64,000 nt of DNA from Candidatus Eiseniibacteriota bacterium (GTDB lineage Bacteria; Eisenbacteria; RBG-16-71-46; JABDJR01), in the NCBI GenBank assembly GCA_963783375.1, contig CAWANH010000029.1, positions 896,001 to 960,000 on the forward strand. The letters run 5' to 3'. Positions 19,095 to 30,178 of this stretch are shown in pieces. The notes below the pieces were generated by a model, which worked only from the letters and a program-made list of their open reading frames with translations, did not search any database and had not been told where the DNA came from. The number at the start of each line of letters is the position of its first letter. The stretch's first letter is position 1. A program made the translations under genes and the position numbers.

Positions 19095-20249
19095 CTACTC
19101 CAGCCAGGAGGTGGGATAAGCGGGATCGTCCACCGCCATCACCGCCTTGGACACGGTGAGGGGGCGGAAGGTGTCCATCATCACCGCGATCTCGTTGGTC
19201 TCCTTGGCCCCGATCGAGGCCTCGGCCTTTCCGGGCTGGGGACCGTGGGGCAACCCGTCGGGGTGGTACGTTGCCGAGGCGAACTCCATCCCCTTCCGGC
19301 TCATGAACTCCCCTCCCGCGTAGAACAGGACCTCCTCGCTCTGCACGTTGGAGTGGTTGTAGGGGGCGGGAACGGCATCGGGGTCGAAATCGAAGGGCCG
19401 GGGGACGAAGGAACACACCACGAACCCGGTGCCCTCGAAGGTCTGATGGACCGGGGGCGGCTGGTGGATCCGGCCCACGATCGGCTCGAAGTCGCGGATG
19501 TTGAAGGCGAAGGGAAAATAGGTGCCGTCCCACCCCACCACGTCGAAGGGATGGGCACGCACCACGTGGCGGGTCACCGTATCCCGTTGCTTGGTGAGGA
19601 TGGAGTACTCCCCGGTCTCGTCCACGGTGCGGAGCCGGCCGGGGACCCGGATGTCGCGCTCGGTGAAGGGCGCCCCCTCCTTCATCTGGCCGTTCTCGTT
19701 CCGATAGCGGGCGGGAATCCGGATCGGGGTGGCGGACTCGATCACCAGGAACCGGTGCCCGCCCCCCTCCAGTTCATAGCGGTGAACGACCCCGCGCGGA
19801 ACCTGAAGATAGTCCCCCTCGCCGAAGGGGAGGTCTCCGAAGGGGGACTCAAGCACCCCGCGGCCCTCGACCACGTAGAGGAGTTCGTCCGCCTGGCCGT
19901 TCCGGTAGAAGCCGTCGTGGGCGCCGGTGGGCCGGACGAAGAGCAAGGCCACGTCGCGGTTGTAGACCACCGGAGTCCGGTCCAGGAAAATGTCCCCGCT
20001 CGGGGGGAGTTGGCCGAGGCGGAAGTGGTAGGGGCGGAGTGCGCGCTCCGCCGCCGGTTCCCAGCGAAGGTCCTTCACGACCTCGTAACGCAGGAGCTGG
20101 GTGGGCCGGTGGATGCGGTAGAGGAGGGACGAGGCCCCGGCGAAGCCCTTGTTTCCCATCAACTCCTCGTAGTAGATCCCCTCCCCGGGCTTCCGAAACG
20201 CGGTGTGGCGCTTGGGAGGGATCGTTCCCCGCTGCTGGTAGATGGGCAT
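19095..20249 (-). CDS. hmgA: Homogentisate 1,2-dioxygenase
   Basis: IPPKRHTAFR, HPFDVVGWDG, GRIHQPPPVH, PYNHSN, HGPQPG, AVMMDTFRPL. Confidence 0.95.
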   Translation of the reverse strand: MPIYQQRGTIPPKRHTAFRKPGEGIYYEELMGNKGFAGASSLLYRIHRPTQLLRYEVVKDLRWEPAAERALRPYHFRLGQLPPSGDIFLDRTPVVYNRDVALLFVRPTGAHDGFYRNGQADELLYVVEGRGVLESPFGDLPFGEGDYLQVPRGVVHRYELEGGGHRFLVIESATPIRIPARYRNENGQMKEGAPFTERDIRVPGRLRTVDETGEYSILTKQRDTVTRHVVRAHPFDVVGWDGTYFPFAFNIRDFEPIVGRIHQPPPVHQTFEGTGFVVCSFVPRPFDFDPDAVPAPYNHSNVQSEEVLFYAGGEFMSRKGMEFASATYHPDGLPHGPQPGKAEASIGAKETNEIAVMMDTFRPLTVSKAVMAVDDPAYPTSWLE

Positions 20250-21343
20250 TACAGGTTTCCCCGGCGGGCCTGCTCCCGTTCGATAGCCTCGAACAGCGCC
20301 TTGAAATTCCCCTTCCCGAACCCCTGACAACCCCGGCGCTGGATGATCTCGTAGAACAGGGTGGGCCGGTCCTCCACCGGCTTGGAAAAGAGCTGGAGAA
20401 GGTACCCCTCGTCGTCCCGGTCGATCAGGATGCCCAAATCCTGGACCGCCTTCCGCGACTCCTTGATCTCCCCCACCCGATCCCAGATCAGTCGGTAGTA
20501 GCTGTCGGGGACGGTGAGGAACTCCACCCCCCGCTCACGGAGCCGGGACACGGTTTGGATGATATCTCCGGTCAGAAGCGCCACGTGCTGCACCCCGGGT
20601 CCCAGGTAGAAATCGAGGTACTCATCGATCTGGCTCTTCTTCCGGCCGGGGGCGGGCTCGTTCAAAGGGAACTTGATCCGCCCGCTCCCGTTCGACATCA
20701 CCTTGGACATGAGCGCCGAGTACTCGGTCGAGATGTCCTTGTCGTCGAAGCTCATGAACCGGCGGAAGCCGAAGACCTCCTCGTAGTAGCCGGCCCAGAC
20801 GTCCATCTTCCCCAGCTCCACGTTCCCCACCATGTGATCGATGGCCAGGAGCCCCACGTCGGCGCTCGGAACCTCGTCGGCCGCGTATCCGGGGAGAAAC
20901 GGCCCGTCGTAGTCGTTCAATTGGATGAGGCTGTGGATGGTGTCGCCGTAGGTGGCGATCCCCGCCCGCTCGACCGAGCCGTGCTCGTCGCTGTCGGTGC
21001 GCGGTTTGTAGTCGGCCTTCCCTCCCCGAGCCACCGAGGCGCGGAAGCTCTGCCCCACGTCCTCCACCTCGAAGGCGATGTCCTTCACCCCGTCCCCGTG
21101 AAGCTTCAGGTGTTCCACCATCGGCCCCTCGGGCTGGAGCGGCGTGGTGAAGACGAAGACGATCTTCCCCTGGCGGAGCGCGTAGGAGGCGCGGTCCCGG
21201 ACTCCGGTCTCGGGACCCGCGTAGGCGAAGCGGCTGAATCCGAAGGCGTTCCGGTAGTAGTACTCGGCCTGTTTGGCGTTTCCCACCCAGAACTCCACGT
21301 GATGAATCGACTTGAGAGGCAGTTCGTCGTCATGCTTGGGCAT
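20249..21343 (-). CDS. hppD: 4-hydroxyphenylpyruvate dioxygenase
   Basis: [15 protein letters not shown]...[33 protein letters not shown]. Confidence 0.97.
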   Translation of the reverse strand: MPKHDDELPLKSIHHVEFWVGNAKQAEYYYRNAFGFSRFAYAGPETGVRDRASYALRQGKIVFVFTTPLQPEGPMVEHLKLHGDGVKDIAFEVEDVGQSFRASVARGGKADYKPRTDSDEHGSVERAGIATYGDTIHSLIQLNDYDGPFLPGYAADEVPSADVGLLAIDHMVGNVELGKMDVWAGYYEEVFGFRRFMSFDDKDISTEYSALMSKVMSNGSGRIKFPLNEPAPGRKKSQIDEYLDFYLGPGVQHVALLTGDIIQTVSRLRERGVEFLTVPDSYYRLIWDRVGEIKESRKAVQDLGILIDRDDEGYLLQLFSKPVEDRPTLFYEIIQRRGCQGFGKGNFKALFEAIEREQARRGNL

Positions 21344-21384
21344 GGGTCGCGATTCCTTTTCTGTAGACGTCCCGGACCCGCCGG

Positions 21385-24300
21385 TCAGACCTCGGCCATC
21401 GCCTCGCGCACCGAAAAGTACCGGGCGTCGGGATGGTGGAGGACGAGGGCGGAGACCGAAGCCTCGGGCTCCATCATGTACCCGTCGGTGAGTTCGACCC
21501 CGATCCTTCGCTGGGGCTCGAGGAGACGCCAGAGCGCCGCCTGGTCCTCGAGGTCGGGGCAGGCCGGATAGCCGAAGGAGACCCGAAGGCCGCGGTAACG
21601 GGCCTGAAAAATGTCCTTGGGGGAAAGCTCCGGCGGATCCGGGAAGCCCCACATCGCGCGGATCTTCCGGTGGAGGAACTCCGCGAACCCTTCCGCGCTC
21701 TCGATGGCCAGGGCCTGGAGCGCGTAGGATTTCAGGTACTCCCCCGCCTCCTTCCAGGCCTCGGCGCGGTCCCTCACCCCGCTCCCGCAGGTCACCACGA
21801 AAGCGGCGAGATAGTCGGTGCGCCCGGAGGACTTCGGCGCGAACCAGTCGGCCAGGCACAGACGATCCCGGTCGCTCTGGCGGGGGAAATCGAAGCGGGC
21901 GATCTCGGGACCGCCGGGACGCTCGACCAGGACCACGCTGTCCCCGTCCGCCTGCGCCGCGTAGAACCGGTAGACCGCCCGGGGGGTCATGAGCCCGAGG
22001 CTCAGCACCTCGTCCTTGAGCGCCTCCACCGCCTCCTCGAGCTTGGCCGTCTTGACGTCGCCCTGCTCGCGGAGCCGCTCGATCGACCCTCGGAGCCCCA
22101 GGTGCTTCACGTAGAGCATCTGGGGGTTCACGAAGGGGAAGATCTCCTCGAGCCCGACGTTCTCCACCACGTGGAGCTTCAGGTCCGGCGGCTCGGGGAT
22201 CTCCACCTCGCGCCACCCCGCCACCGGCGCCGCCGGGGCGGTCGCGCTTTCCGGAACCGCCACCGGAGCGGCCTCGCGCCGACCCGCCCGCTCGGCGAAG
22301 AGCGCGTCCCGGCGGGACGGGTCCACCAACCGTTGGGCCACGCCGAGCCCGTCCATGGCGTCCCGGCAGTAGATCACCGGCCCCGGGTACCCGGCGGCGA
22401 TCCGGGTCTCGGTGAACTTCCGGGTGAGCGCCGCCCCCCCCACGAGAATCGGGGCGGACACGCCGGCCTCGGCCAGATCCTGGGCGGTCACCACCATCTG
22501 TTGGGCGGACTTCACCAGGAGCCCGGAGAGGCCGATCATGTCCGGCCGGTGCTTCTTGGCCGCATCGATCAGGTCCTGGGGCGGGACCTTGATGCCCAGA
22601 TTCACCACCTCGAATCCGTTGTTGGCGAGCACGATCTCCACCAGGTTCTTCCCGATGTCGTGCACGTCGCCCTTCACCGTGGCCAGCATCACCTTGCCCC
22701 GGCTCCGGCTGTCCGCCTTCTCCATGTAGGGCTCGAGGTGCGACACCGCCGCCTTCATGGCTTCGGCGCTCTGGAGCACTTCGGCCACGATGAGCTCGTT
22801 CCGGTTGAAGAGGCGCCCCACCTCGTCCATCCCCTTCATGAGCGGACCGTTGATGATCTGGAGCGGCGGAGTCCCGGCCCGCGCCCGCTCCAGGTCCTCG
22901 ATCAGCCCGTCCCGGGATCCCTCGATGATGTAGTCGGCGAGCCGCTCCTCGAGGCTCCGGTTCTCCTTCTTCGGCTTCGTGCGGGTGGCGGAACGGTTCC
23001 GGTAGAACGCGGCGAACGCGGCGATCGGGTCCTCTCCCCGGTCCATGAGCAGGTCCTCGGCCAGGCGCCGCTCCTCCTCGGGAATGGACGCGTAGCGCTC
23101 CAGCTTCTCGCTGTTCACGATGGCCAGATCCAGTCCGGCCTCGATGCAGTGGTGGAGGAAGACCGAGTTCAGGACCTCGCGTCCCGCAGGGGGAAGGCCG
23201 AAGGAGACGTTGGAGATCCCCAGGATGGTCTTCGATCGCGGAAACGCCTCCTTGATGAGGCGGACCCCCTCGATGGTCTCCACCGCACTCCCCACGTAGG
23301 CCCGGTCCCCGGTGGCGCAGGGAAAGACCAGGGGGTCGAAGATCAGGTCCTCCTCGGGAACGCCGTAGTCGCGGGTAAGGAGTTCGTGGGAGCGCCGGGC
23401 GATCTCGAGCTTCCGCGCCCGGGTCACCGCCATCCCCTGCTGGGGATCCTCGTCGATGGTGCCGACCACCAGGGCCGCGCCGAACTTCCGGGCCAGGGGG
23501 ACCACGGCCCGGAACCGTTCCTCCCCGTCCTCCAGGTTCACCGAGTTGATGATCGACTTCCCCTGGCAGCGCCGGAGCGAGCGATCGATCACCGCGGCGT
23601 CGGTGCTGTCGATCATGAGGGGGAGTTTCACCTTGCGGGCCACGCGCTCCAGAAACCGGTCCATGTCCGCCGTCTCGTCCCGGTCGGGGTCGGCCAGGCA
23701 GACGTCCAGCACGTGCGCCCCTCCCCGCATCTGCCGGCGTCCGATCTCCGCGGCCTCCTCGAACTGCCCGGCCTGGATCAGGGACTTGAACTTGCGGCTC
23801 CCGATGACGTTGGTGCGCTCTCCCACGATGATCGGGCGGTTTTCTTCCTCGAGGGAGAGAAAGTCGATGCCGGATACCCGCGAGAAGCGACCGTGGACCG
23901 GGGTCCGAGGCGCCTTCCCCGACACGGCGGCGGCGATGGCCCGGATGTACTCCGGCGTGGTGCCGCAGCAGCCTCCCACCAGGTTCACCCACCCGTGCTC
24001 GGCGAAGCGCCCGAGCACCGAGGCCAGCTTCTCCGGGGACTCGTTGTAGCGCCCGTCCTCGTCGGGGAGCCCGGCGTTGGGAACGCAGGAAACCGCGCAC
24101 TCGGCGATCGCGGCCAGGGAGCGCACGTGGTCGGTCATGAAGGAGGGGCCGGTGGCGCAGTTGAGCCCGATGGCCAGGAGGTCCAGGTGCTCCAGGCTGG
24201 CATAGAGCGCCTCCACTCCCTGTCCGGCCAGCATGGCGCCCATCGGCTCGATGGTCCCGGAGATCGCCATCGGCACCCGGCGCCCGACGATCTCCGCGGC

Positions 24301-24846
24301 CTCGGCAATCCCCAGGGTGGCCGCCTTCACGTTCAGGGTATCCTGGGAGGTCTCCACCATCAGGAAATCGGCTCCCCCCTCGATCAGACCCGCCGCCTGC
24401 TCGCGGTAGTGGGCAACCATTTCGTCGAAGGTGACCCCCCCGGTGACCGAGATGGTCTTGGTGGTCGGGCCCATGCTGCCGGCCACGAAACGGGGCTTGT
24501 CGGGGGTCGCGAACTCCGCCGCCGCTCGAACGGCGATCTCCGCCGCGGCGCGGTTCAGTTCCCGGGCCCGTTCGGCCAGACCGTACTCGGCCAGGACCAG
24601 GGGCGTCCCCCCGAAGGTGTCGGTCTCGATGATGTCGGCGCCGGCGGCGAGGAAGCTCCGATGGATGTCGAGGATCGCCCCGGGATTCACCACGCTCAGG
24701 TACTCGTTGCACCCGTCGAACTCCGCCCCCCCGAACGCCTCCGGATCCAGGTCGAGGTTCTGGATGGAGGTCCCCATCGCCCCGTCCAGGACGAGGATGC
24801 GGCGGGTCATGAGGTCCTTGAGCAGGACGATTCGGTCATCGGGCAC
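21385..24846 (-). CDS. metH: Cobalamin-dependent methionine synthase
   Basis: [40 protein letters not shown]. Confidence 0.97.
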   Translation of the reverse strand: MPDDRIVLLKDLMTRRILVLDGAMGTSIQNLDLDPEAFGGAEFDGCNEYLSVVNPGAILDIHRSFLAAGADIIETDTFGGTPLVLAEYGLAERARELNRAAAEIAVRAAAEFATPDKPRFVAGSMGPTTKTISVTGGVTFDEMVAHYREQAAGLIEGGADFLMVETSQDTLNVKAATLGIAEAAEIVGRRVPMAISGTIEPMGAMLAGQGVEALYASLEHLDLLAIGLNCATGPSFMTDHVRSLAAIAECAVSCVPNAGLPDEDGRYNESPEKLASVLGRFAEHGWVNLVGGCCGTTPEYIRAIAAAVSGKAPRTPVHGRFSRVSGIDFLSLEEENRPIIVGERTNVIGSRKFKSLIQAGQFEEAAEIGRRQMRGGAHVLDVCLADPDRDETADMDRFLERVARKVKLPLMIDSTDAAVIDRSLRRCQGKSIINSVNLEDGEERFRAVVPLARKFGAALVVGTIDEDPQQGMAVTRARKLEIARRSHELLTRDYGVPEEDLIFDPLVFPCATGDRAYVGSAVETIEGVRLIKEAFPRSKTILGISNVSFGLPPAGREVLNSVFLHHCIEAGLDLAIVNSEKLERYASIPEEERRLAEDLLMDRGEDPIAAFAAFYRNRSATRTKPKKENRSLEERLADYIIEGSRDGLIEDLERARAGTPPLQIINGPLMKGMDEVGRLFNRNELIVAEVLQSAEAMKAAVSHLEPYMEKADSRSRGKVMLATVKGDVHDIGKNLVEIVLANNGFEVVNLGIKVPPQDLIDAAKKHRPDMIGLSGLLVKSAQQMVVTAQDLAEAGVSAPILVGGAALTRKFTETRIAAGYPGPVIYCRDAMDGLGVAQRLVDPSRRDALFAERAGRREAAPVAVPESATAPAAPVAGWREVEIPEPPDLKLHVVENVGLEEIFPFVNPQMLYVKHLGLRGSIERLREQGDVKTAKLEEAVEALKDEVLSLGLMTPRAVYRFYAAQADGDSVVLVERPGGPEIARFDFPRQSDRDRLCLADWFAPKSSGRTDYLAAFVVTCGSGVRDRAEAWKEAGEYLKSYALQALAIESAEGFAEFLHRKIRAMWGFPDPPELSPKDIFQARYRGLRVSFGYPACPDLEDQAALWRLLEPQRRIGVELTDGYMMEPEASVSALVLHHPDARYFSVREAMAEV

Positions 24847-25066
24847 GTCGGTGTCCTCGGGTCGGAGAAGGAAGCGGGCGGCGGGGCGCGGGCGGGCCCG
24901 CCGGCCGGATATACGCCGGCCGCGGAGCGCGCTCGTCGCCCTCCCACGGTCGAACATGCATTGTAGCAAACACGGTTACGGGGTCGAGGGGCGGGGACGG
25001 TCCCTCCCTCCCGGGGACCGGTCCGAGGCCTCGGCGGGCGCGCGCCGGGGCCCTTGGGCACGAAGA

Positions 25067-25096
25067 GAGCCGGGGATCGGTGCCGATCCCCGGCTC
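25067..25096 (-). terminator. Perfect GC hairpin downstream of the RRM gene
   Basis: GAGCCGGGGATCGG-tg-CCGATCCCCGGCTC, followed by TCTTC on the minus strand. Confidence 0.6.
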
Positions 25097-25146
25097 GTGA
25101 CGGTCATGACGGTTGCGGGCGGGCGGCCGCCCTTCCCACCGGGCGG

Positions 25147-25413
25147 CTAGGGGCGCCTCCCGCCGGGCTGTTCCCGGGCGAGGTCCACCCGGATGGCCCG
25201 TCCGTCGAGCATCTGTCCGTCCATCTCCTTGGCCGCCGCTTCCGCCGACTCCTCGGAGGTGAAGGTTACGAACCCGAATCCCCGGGAACGACCGGTGTCC
25301 CGGTCCTGAACGACCCGCGCCTCCATGATCTCTCCGAAGGCGGAGAACGCCTCCTGCAGGCTGGTGTCATCCGTCTTCCACGCCAAACCACCGATAAAGA
25401 GCTTCTTGGCCAT
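25147..25413 (-). CDS. RRM RNA-binding protein
   Basis: RNP2 KLFIGGL and RNP1 RGFGFVTF. Confidence 0.95.
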   Translation of the reverse strand: MAKKLFIGGLAWKTDDTSLQEAFSAFGEIMEARVVQDRDTGRSRGFGFVTFTSEESAEAAAKEMDGQMLDGRAIRVDLAREQPGGRRP

Positions 25414-25894
25414 ATCGCGACTCGCACTCCACTTGGTGCGCGCCGTCGGGATCGAGGTTCCCTCGGGACGCGCGTCTACAGGCATCCGCGGAAACGTGTG
25501 GAGAAGGACCGGTAGGAACCGAAGCCGGGTTAGCGCTTGGAGGCCCCGAGGTCTTCTTGCAGCATCGTAAGCGCGGCGATCTCGATCCGGCCGCCGGGGC
25601 CGGCGTTCCGGCCGAGACGAGACAACCGGAACGATCCTAAACTATGTCGCCCGGTTGCCAGAATCAAGCGAAAAGCTTCTAACCTGTCTCGATCCAGCAG
25701 TTTCCGGACGTACGCCCGCGAGAGACGCCCGACGCGGCGGGCGCGCGGGGATCCGGGGGGCGACCCGGCTCGCCGACACCCGGTTAACCTTTTTAGTATT
25801 AAGTGATTACATCTGTTGTTTCAAGAAACTTCTCTGGACCCGGAACCCGGCCGGTCCGCCCTGTGAACCGGGGCGTGGAGCTCCGCCGATCGGC

Positions 25895-27151
25895 TCAGGG
25901 CTCCGGCGGAAAGAGGTATTCGAGGATGGTGCCCAGACGCGCGGACCACGCCGCCTCGTTGTGGAGCGCGCCGGGATACTCGGCGTAGACCAGATCCCCG
26001 CCCAGGGTCCAACCCCGGGCCATGAGCGCGTCCCGGAGTCGCCGGGCGCCGGCCACGGTCTGCGCCGCGTCCTGGGCGTTGGCGCCCTCGGCGGTCCCGG
26101 TGTCGAGCCAGATGCGGGTGTCGGTCTTGGGGGCGGCGCTCACCCGGCTCACGATGTCCTCGTCCGCCCACCACACCGACGGCGACACCACCCCGATCCG
26201 CGAGTACACCTCGGGATGGCGGAGCGCGAGGTACATGGAGACCAGACCCCCCAGGGACGAACCGGCCACCCCGGTGTGCCCGCGATCCGGCAACGTGCGG
26301 TAGGCGGCGTCGATCGTCGGCTTCAGCTCCTCCACCAGGAAGCGACCGTAGTTCTCGGCGTCGCCCCCCCGCTGCTGCGCGTCGACCGCCGGAGTGTACT
26401 CGGCGATCCGGTCGGAGGTGTTGTAGACCCCCACCACGATGAGCGGGGCGATCCTGCCCTCGCCGATCAGCCGTTCCGCGGTCTCGTCCACGTTCCATTC
26501 CTGGCCCAGGAACCCGGTGGCGCGGTCGAAGAGATTCTGTCCGTCGTGCATGTAGAGGACCGGATAGCGACGGGAAGGATGGTCGTCGTAACCGGGAGGA
26601 AGGTAGACCGCCACGTCCCGGGCCGGCTCGAGGAAGCGGCTGGTCACGTTCCGGAGATAGCGAACGTCGCCGGTCACGGTGTGGGGAACCGCGCCTTCGA
26701 CCCAGTCCCGCCAGGTGGCCACCTCCACCCGGACGGTATCGTCCGCCACCACGAGGTGCCGGCGGTTGGGCAGCTCGGAGCCGTCGGCCGCTTTCTCCAC
26801 CGAATCCCATCCTCCCCGCGTCACCTTGAACTCGAGGGAGGTGCTCTCGGGAAAGGACGCCGTGGCCTCGTAGAGGCGGTCGCCCACGCGCCGGGCGGCC
26901 AGTCCCGTCCCACTCCAGTTTCCGAGGGACCCCTGGTTCCCCGAGATCCAGAGGACGGAGTCTTCGGGGGTCTTCTCGGGCACGGTGATCCGGAAAACGA
27001 CGATGGGGTCGCCGGGCGGGCCGGCCTCGGGCGCGGCCGGACTCGAGGCGCTCCCGCTGCATCCCAACGCCATGGCCAACCCCCACATCAAGAAGCCCCG
27101 TCGGAGCGCAAGGGCCCCGATTCCTCGCCGCCTTGCGTGTGTTCCCGACAC
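25895..27151 (-). CDS. Lipoprotein esterase (alpha/beta hydrolase) with CBM20-like domain
   Basis: Lipobox-like ALGC; GN...LGNW...EFKVTRGGW; YPVLYMHDGQNLF, GSSLGG, HNEAAW. Confidence 0.85.
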   Translation of the reverse strand: MSGTHARRRGIGALALRRGFLMWGLAMALGCSGSASSPAAPEAGPPGDPIVVFRITVPEKTPEDSVLWISGNQGSLGNWSGTGLAARRVGDRLYEATASFPESTSLEFKVTRGGWDSVEKAADGSELPNRRHLVVADDTVRVEVATWRDWVEGAVPHTVTGDVRYLRNVTSRFLEPARDVAVYLPPGYDDHPSRRYPVLYMHDGQNLFDRATGFLGQEWNVDETAERLIGEGRIAPLIVVGVYNTSDRIAEYTPAVDAQQRGGDAENYGRFLVEELKPTIDAAYRTLPDRGHTGVAGSSLGGLVSMYLALRHPEVYSRIGVVSPSVWWADEDIVSRVSAAPKTDTRIWLDTGTAEGANAQDAAQTVAGARRLRDALMARGWTLGGDLVYAEYPGALHNEAAWSARLGTILEYLFPPEP

Positions 27152-27293
27152 CGATCCTCCCTTCCCGGCCGCGATTCCCGCTCCGCGGCGAGACCGGAGA
27201 GTCTACACCATGGAAAAGCAGTGGACTCGGGGGCGATTTTCCGGTAGCTCTATACGATTGGTAGGTTACCGCCGGGGCCTTACAGGGGGGGCC

Positions 27294-28319
27294 ATGCTCG
27301 ATCGTAGGCAGGAAGAGAGCGATGCCGCCCGGCGGGCCTACTGCCGGGACATCCTTCCCCATGTCTCCCGTACCTTTGCTCTCTCCATCCCGGTCCTGGA
27401 GGAACCCCTGCGCTTCCAGGTGGGAATCTCATACCTCCTCTGCCGGATCGTGGATACGGTGGAGGACCGCGACGACCTGGCTCCGGAGACCCGCCGCGCA
27501 CTCTTCGAGGAACTGACCCGCCTGGTCCGGGCTCCAGGCGACCAGGCGGCCCGGCGCCGCTTCCAGGAACTCCTCCCTCCCTACGGGGACGTTCACCACG
27601 AGAGCCTCCTCCGTCACGCCGGAGACGTATTCGACTGCTACGCGGCGATCGAACCCGGCGCGCGCCGGGATGTGAGCGAGTGCTTGGACGAGATGATCGG
27701 CGGCATGGCTTCCTACCCCGGCCCCGCGCGGGGGCCGGCTCCGGTGGAGGCCTGCCGGAACCTGGACGAGCTGGAGCGCTACTGTCACGTGGTGGCAGGG
27801 ACGGTGGGCATCCTCCTCTCCCGGTTCTTCGGGCGGGCGTTGGGCGATGCGGGCTGGCTCACTCCGGGGCGCGCCGAGTCGGGGCGGCGATTCGGGCTCG
27901 GACTCCAGCTCACCAACGTCATCAAGGATCACGATCGCGACGGACGGCGCGGGATCACCTACCTTCCCCGGGGGTGGTTCCAGCAGCTCGACGGCCGCAC
28001 GCTCCTCCGGCCGGAGGCCGCGCGCCGGGTGATCGTCCGCGCGCTGGAACACATGGACGCCGCCGAGGACTACATCCTCTCCCTCCCGCCGCGCCGGACG
28101 GACATGCGCCGCTTCTGCCTGTATGCCGCCCACCTGGCCCTGGCCACCCTGTACCTGGCCGCGCGACCCGATCCCCCTGGCGCGCCGGCCAAGGTGAGCC
28201 GCGAGGACGTGGCGGTGATCCTGGGACGCGTCGACCGCCACGCCGACGACGACGACGGTCTGCATTCGCTCTACCAGGGCTATCGCGACGCGGTGGCGGC
28301 GGCGGTCGACACGCTCTGA
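27294..28319 (+). CDS. Squalene/phytoene synthase family protein
   Basis: VSRTFALSI, YLLCRIVDTVED, YCHVVAGTVG, GLQLTNVIKD. Confidence 0.9.
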   Translation: MLDRRQEESDAARRAYCRDILPHVSRTFALSIPVLEEPLRFQVGISYLLCRIVDTVEDRDDLAPETRRALFEELTRLVRAPGDQAARRRFQELLPPYGDVHHESLLRHAGDVFDCYAAIEPGARRDVSECLDEMIGGMASYPGPARGPAPVEACRNLDELERYCHVVAGTVGILLSRFFGRALGDAGWLTPGRAESGRRFGLGLQLTNVIKDHDRDGRRGITYLPRGWFQQLDGRTLLRPEAARRVIVRALEHMDAAEDYILSLPPRRTDMRRFCLYAAHLALATLYLAARPDPPGAPAKVSREDVAVILGRVDRHADDDDGLHSLYQGYRDAVAAAVDTL

Positions 28320-28495
28320 TTCCGCTCCGGCGCTCCCGTCCGTCCCGGGGCGCAACCCGAACGGCCGCGACGCCCGCGGAACGTCCCCGGCTGGCCCGGA
28401 CCAAGCAGAACCGGGGGCCCCGCTCGGGACCCCCGGTGCAATCGAATCGGAAACGCTCCGCGCTTCCCGGCCGGCTAGCCGCATCCCCCCGTGCC

Positions 28496-28684
28496 TCAGG
28501 TGGGCACGAAACGGGTCGGCGCGCCACCGCCACCGCCCCCGATGTGGGGGGCGCTGACCCTTCGGCTCGCCCCATCGTGGCCGCAGTCGGGGCAGGCCAC
28601 GTCGTCCCGGTCGCGCTCGGCGATCAGGAGATTCTCTTCGAACACCCGCCCGCAGGCCGGGCACTGGAAATCGTAGTTCGGCAT
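28496..28684 (-). CDS. FmdB-family zinc-ribbon protein
   Basis: MPNYDFQCPACG..FE...CPDCG. Confidence 0.85.
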   Translation of the reverse strand: MPNYDFQCPACGRVFEENLLIAERDRDDVACPDCGHDGASRRVSAPHIGGGGGGAPTRFVPT

Positions 28685-28837
28685 GATCGCTTCCTCGTTC
28701 GCTGCGGCCGCCCACGGCCTCCCATCCCTCTCGGCGCTACACACACCGGGTCCACCGGGTCGGACGCGATTCCCGCCGATCGGTCACACCCGAAACGGGG
28801 ACATCGCCGGGTGGCGATGCCTCGCCTCGGGTTCCGG

Positions 28838-30130
28838 TCAGATCCCCGAGGCCGCGGCGGTCCCGGCCACGAATCCGCTCGCCCAGGCCCACTGGAAGTT
28901 GTACCCCCCGATCCGTCCATCCACATCCAGGATCTCCCCGCAGAGGTGGAGCCCGGGGGCGAGCCGGGACTCCAGGGTCTCGAGCCGGAGTTCGGCCAGG
29001 GGCACGCCGCCGGCCGTCACCTCGGCGAAATTGTAGCCGCGGTGGCCGGTGACCGGGAGCGGATAGTCGATCACCGAGGCCACCAACGCGCGCCGTTCTT
29101 CCCGGGTGAGGGCGTGTCCGGGCCGGCCGGGATCCACCCCCGCGGCCTCGCAGAGGGCGCGGCCCAGGCGTTCGGGGAGCCGGTCCCCCAGGTATCGCCC
29201 CACGGTCCGCGCCCGAAGCCCCCGGAGCGCGGCATCCAGACTCGCGCCGGTCTCCTCGGGAAGCCAGTTCACCGCCAGGTGGGCACCGGGCTCGGCGGCC
29301 ACCGCGCTCAGGTAGTAGCGGCTCATGTCCATCACGTTGGGCCCCGAGACACCGAAGTGCGTGCAGAGGATCGATCCGGTGAGGCGCTCCTGACGCCTTC
29401 CGGTGGCGCCTCGAAGCTCGAGGGTGGCTTGGGCGGAAACCCCGGAGAGCGCGCGGAGCGGGTGGCCGTCGGGGAGAGTGAGCGGCACCAGCCCCGGCAG
29501 GATCCGCGGGGTGAGGGTGTGCCCGAGGAACCGCGCCAGCGCGTACCCGTGTCCGTCCGATCCCGAGCGGGGAAGGCTCCGGCCGCCGGTGGCCAGGATC
29601 ACGCGCCGGGCGTGGAGGCGCGCGGGGTTCGCCCCCGCACCGGTGTCCGCCCCCTCCGAGGCCTCGGCGCGCGCGAGCACGAACCCGTCCTCGGAGCGGC
29701 GCACCGACTCGACCCGCCAGGGATTACGAACCTCCACATCGGCTTCCCGGACCGCCCCCAGGAGGGCGTCGAGCACGCTGCGGGCGCGGTCGCTCACCGG
29801 GAAGAGCTTTCCCGTTTCCTCCCGCTTGAGTTCGACCCCGAGTTCGGCAAAGAAGGCCACGGTGCGGGGAACGTCGTAGCGGAGGAGCACCTTCCGGATC
29901 GCCCGGCGCGAGGAACCGGCGAAGGCGGACTCGTCCACGCGATCGTGGGTGACGTTGCAGCGCCCGCCGCCGGACACCAGGATCTTGGCCCCGAGCTTCT
30001 TCGCCCGGTCCAGGACGACGATGCGGAGCGCCCCCGGGCCGCGGGCTCTGCCGGCCTGAACCGCGGCCATGAGACCGGCGGCTCCCGCCCCCACCACCGC
30101 GATGTCCACCCGCTCCTCGGTCGACGACAA
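28838..30130 (-). CDS. HI0933/YhiN (BaiN) family flavoprotein
   Basis: GAGAAGL, KILVSGGGRCNVT, VTAGGV, GRIGGYNFQWAWASG. Confidence 0.93.
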   Translation of the reverse strand: MSSTEERVDIAVVGAGAAGLMAAVQAGRARGPGALRIVVLDRAKKLGAKILVSGGGRCNVTHDRVDESAFAGSSRRAIRKVLLRYDVPRTVAFFAELGVELKREETGKLFPVSDRARSVLDALLGAVREADVEVRNPWRVESVRRSEDGFVLARAEASEGADTGAGANPARLHARRVILATGGRSLPRSGSDGHGYALARFLGHTLTPRILPGLVPLTLPDGHPLRALSGVSAQATLELRGATGRRQERLTGSILCTHFGVSGPNVMDMSRYYLSAVAAEPGAHLAVNWLPEETGASLDAALRGLRARTVGRYLGDRLPERLGRALCEAAGVDPGRPGHALTREERRALVASVIDYPLPVTGHRGYNFAEVTAGGVPLAELRLETLESRLAPGLHLCGEILDVDGRIGGYNFQWAWASGFVAGTAAASGI

Positions 30131-30178
30131 CGTCTCGCTCTCCCCTCGCCCGACCCCGTGCGGTCCTCCGGCGGGACG

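Noticed and set aside
20249-24712. 1487-aa ORF suggesting a giant HppD fusion
   Set aside because: The upstream part is an off-frame read-through of metH in high-GC DNA; the real HppD starts at 21343.
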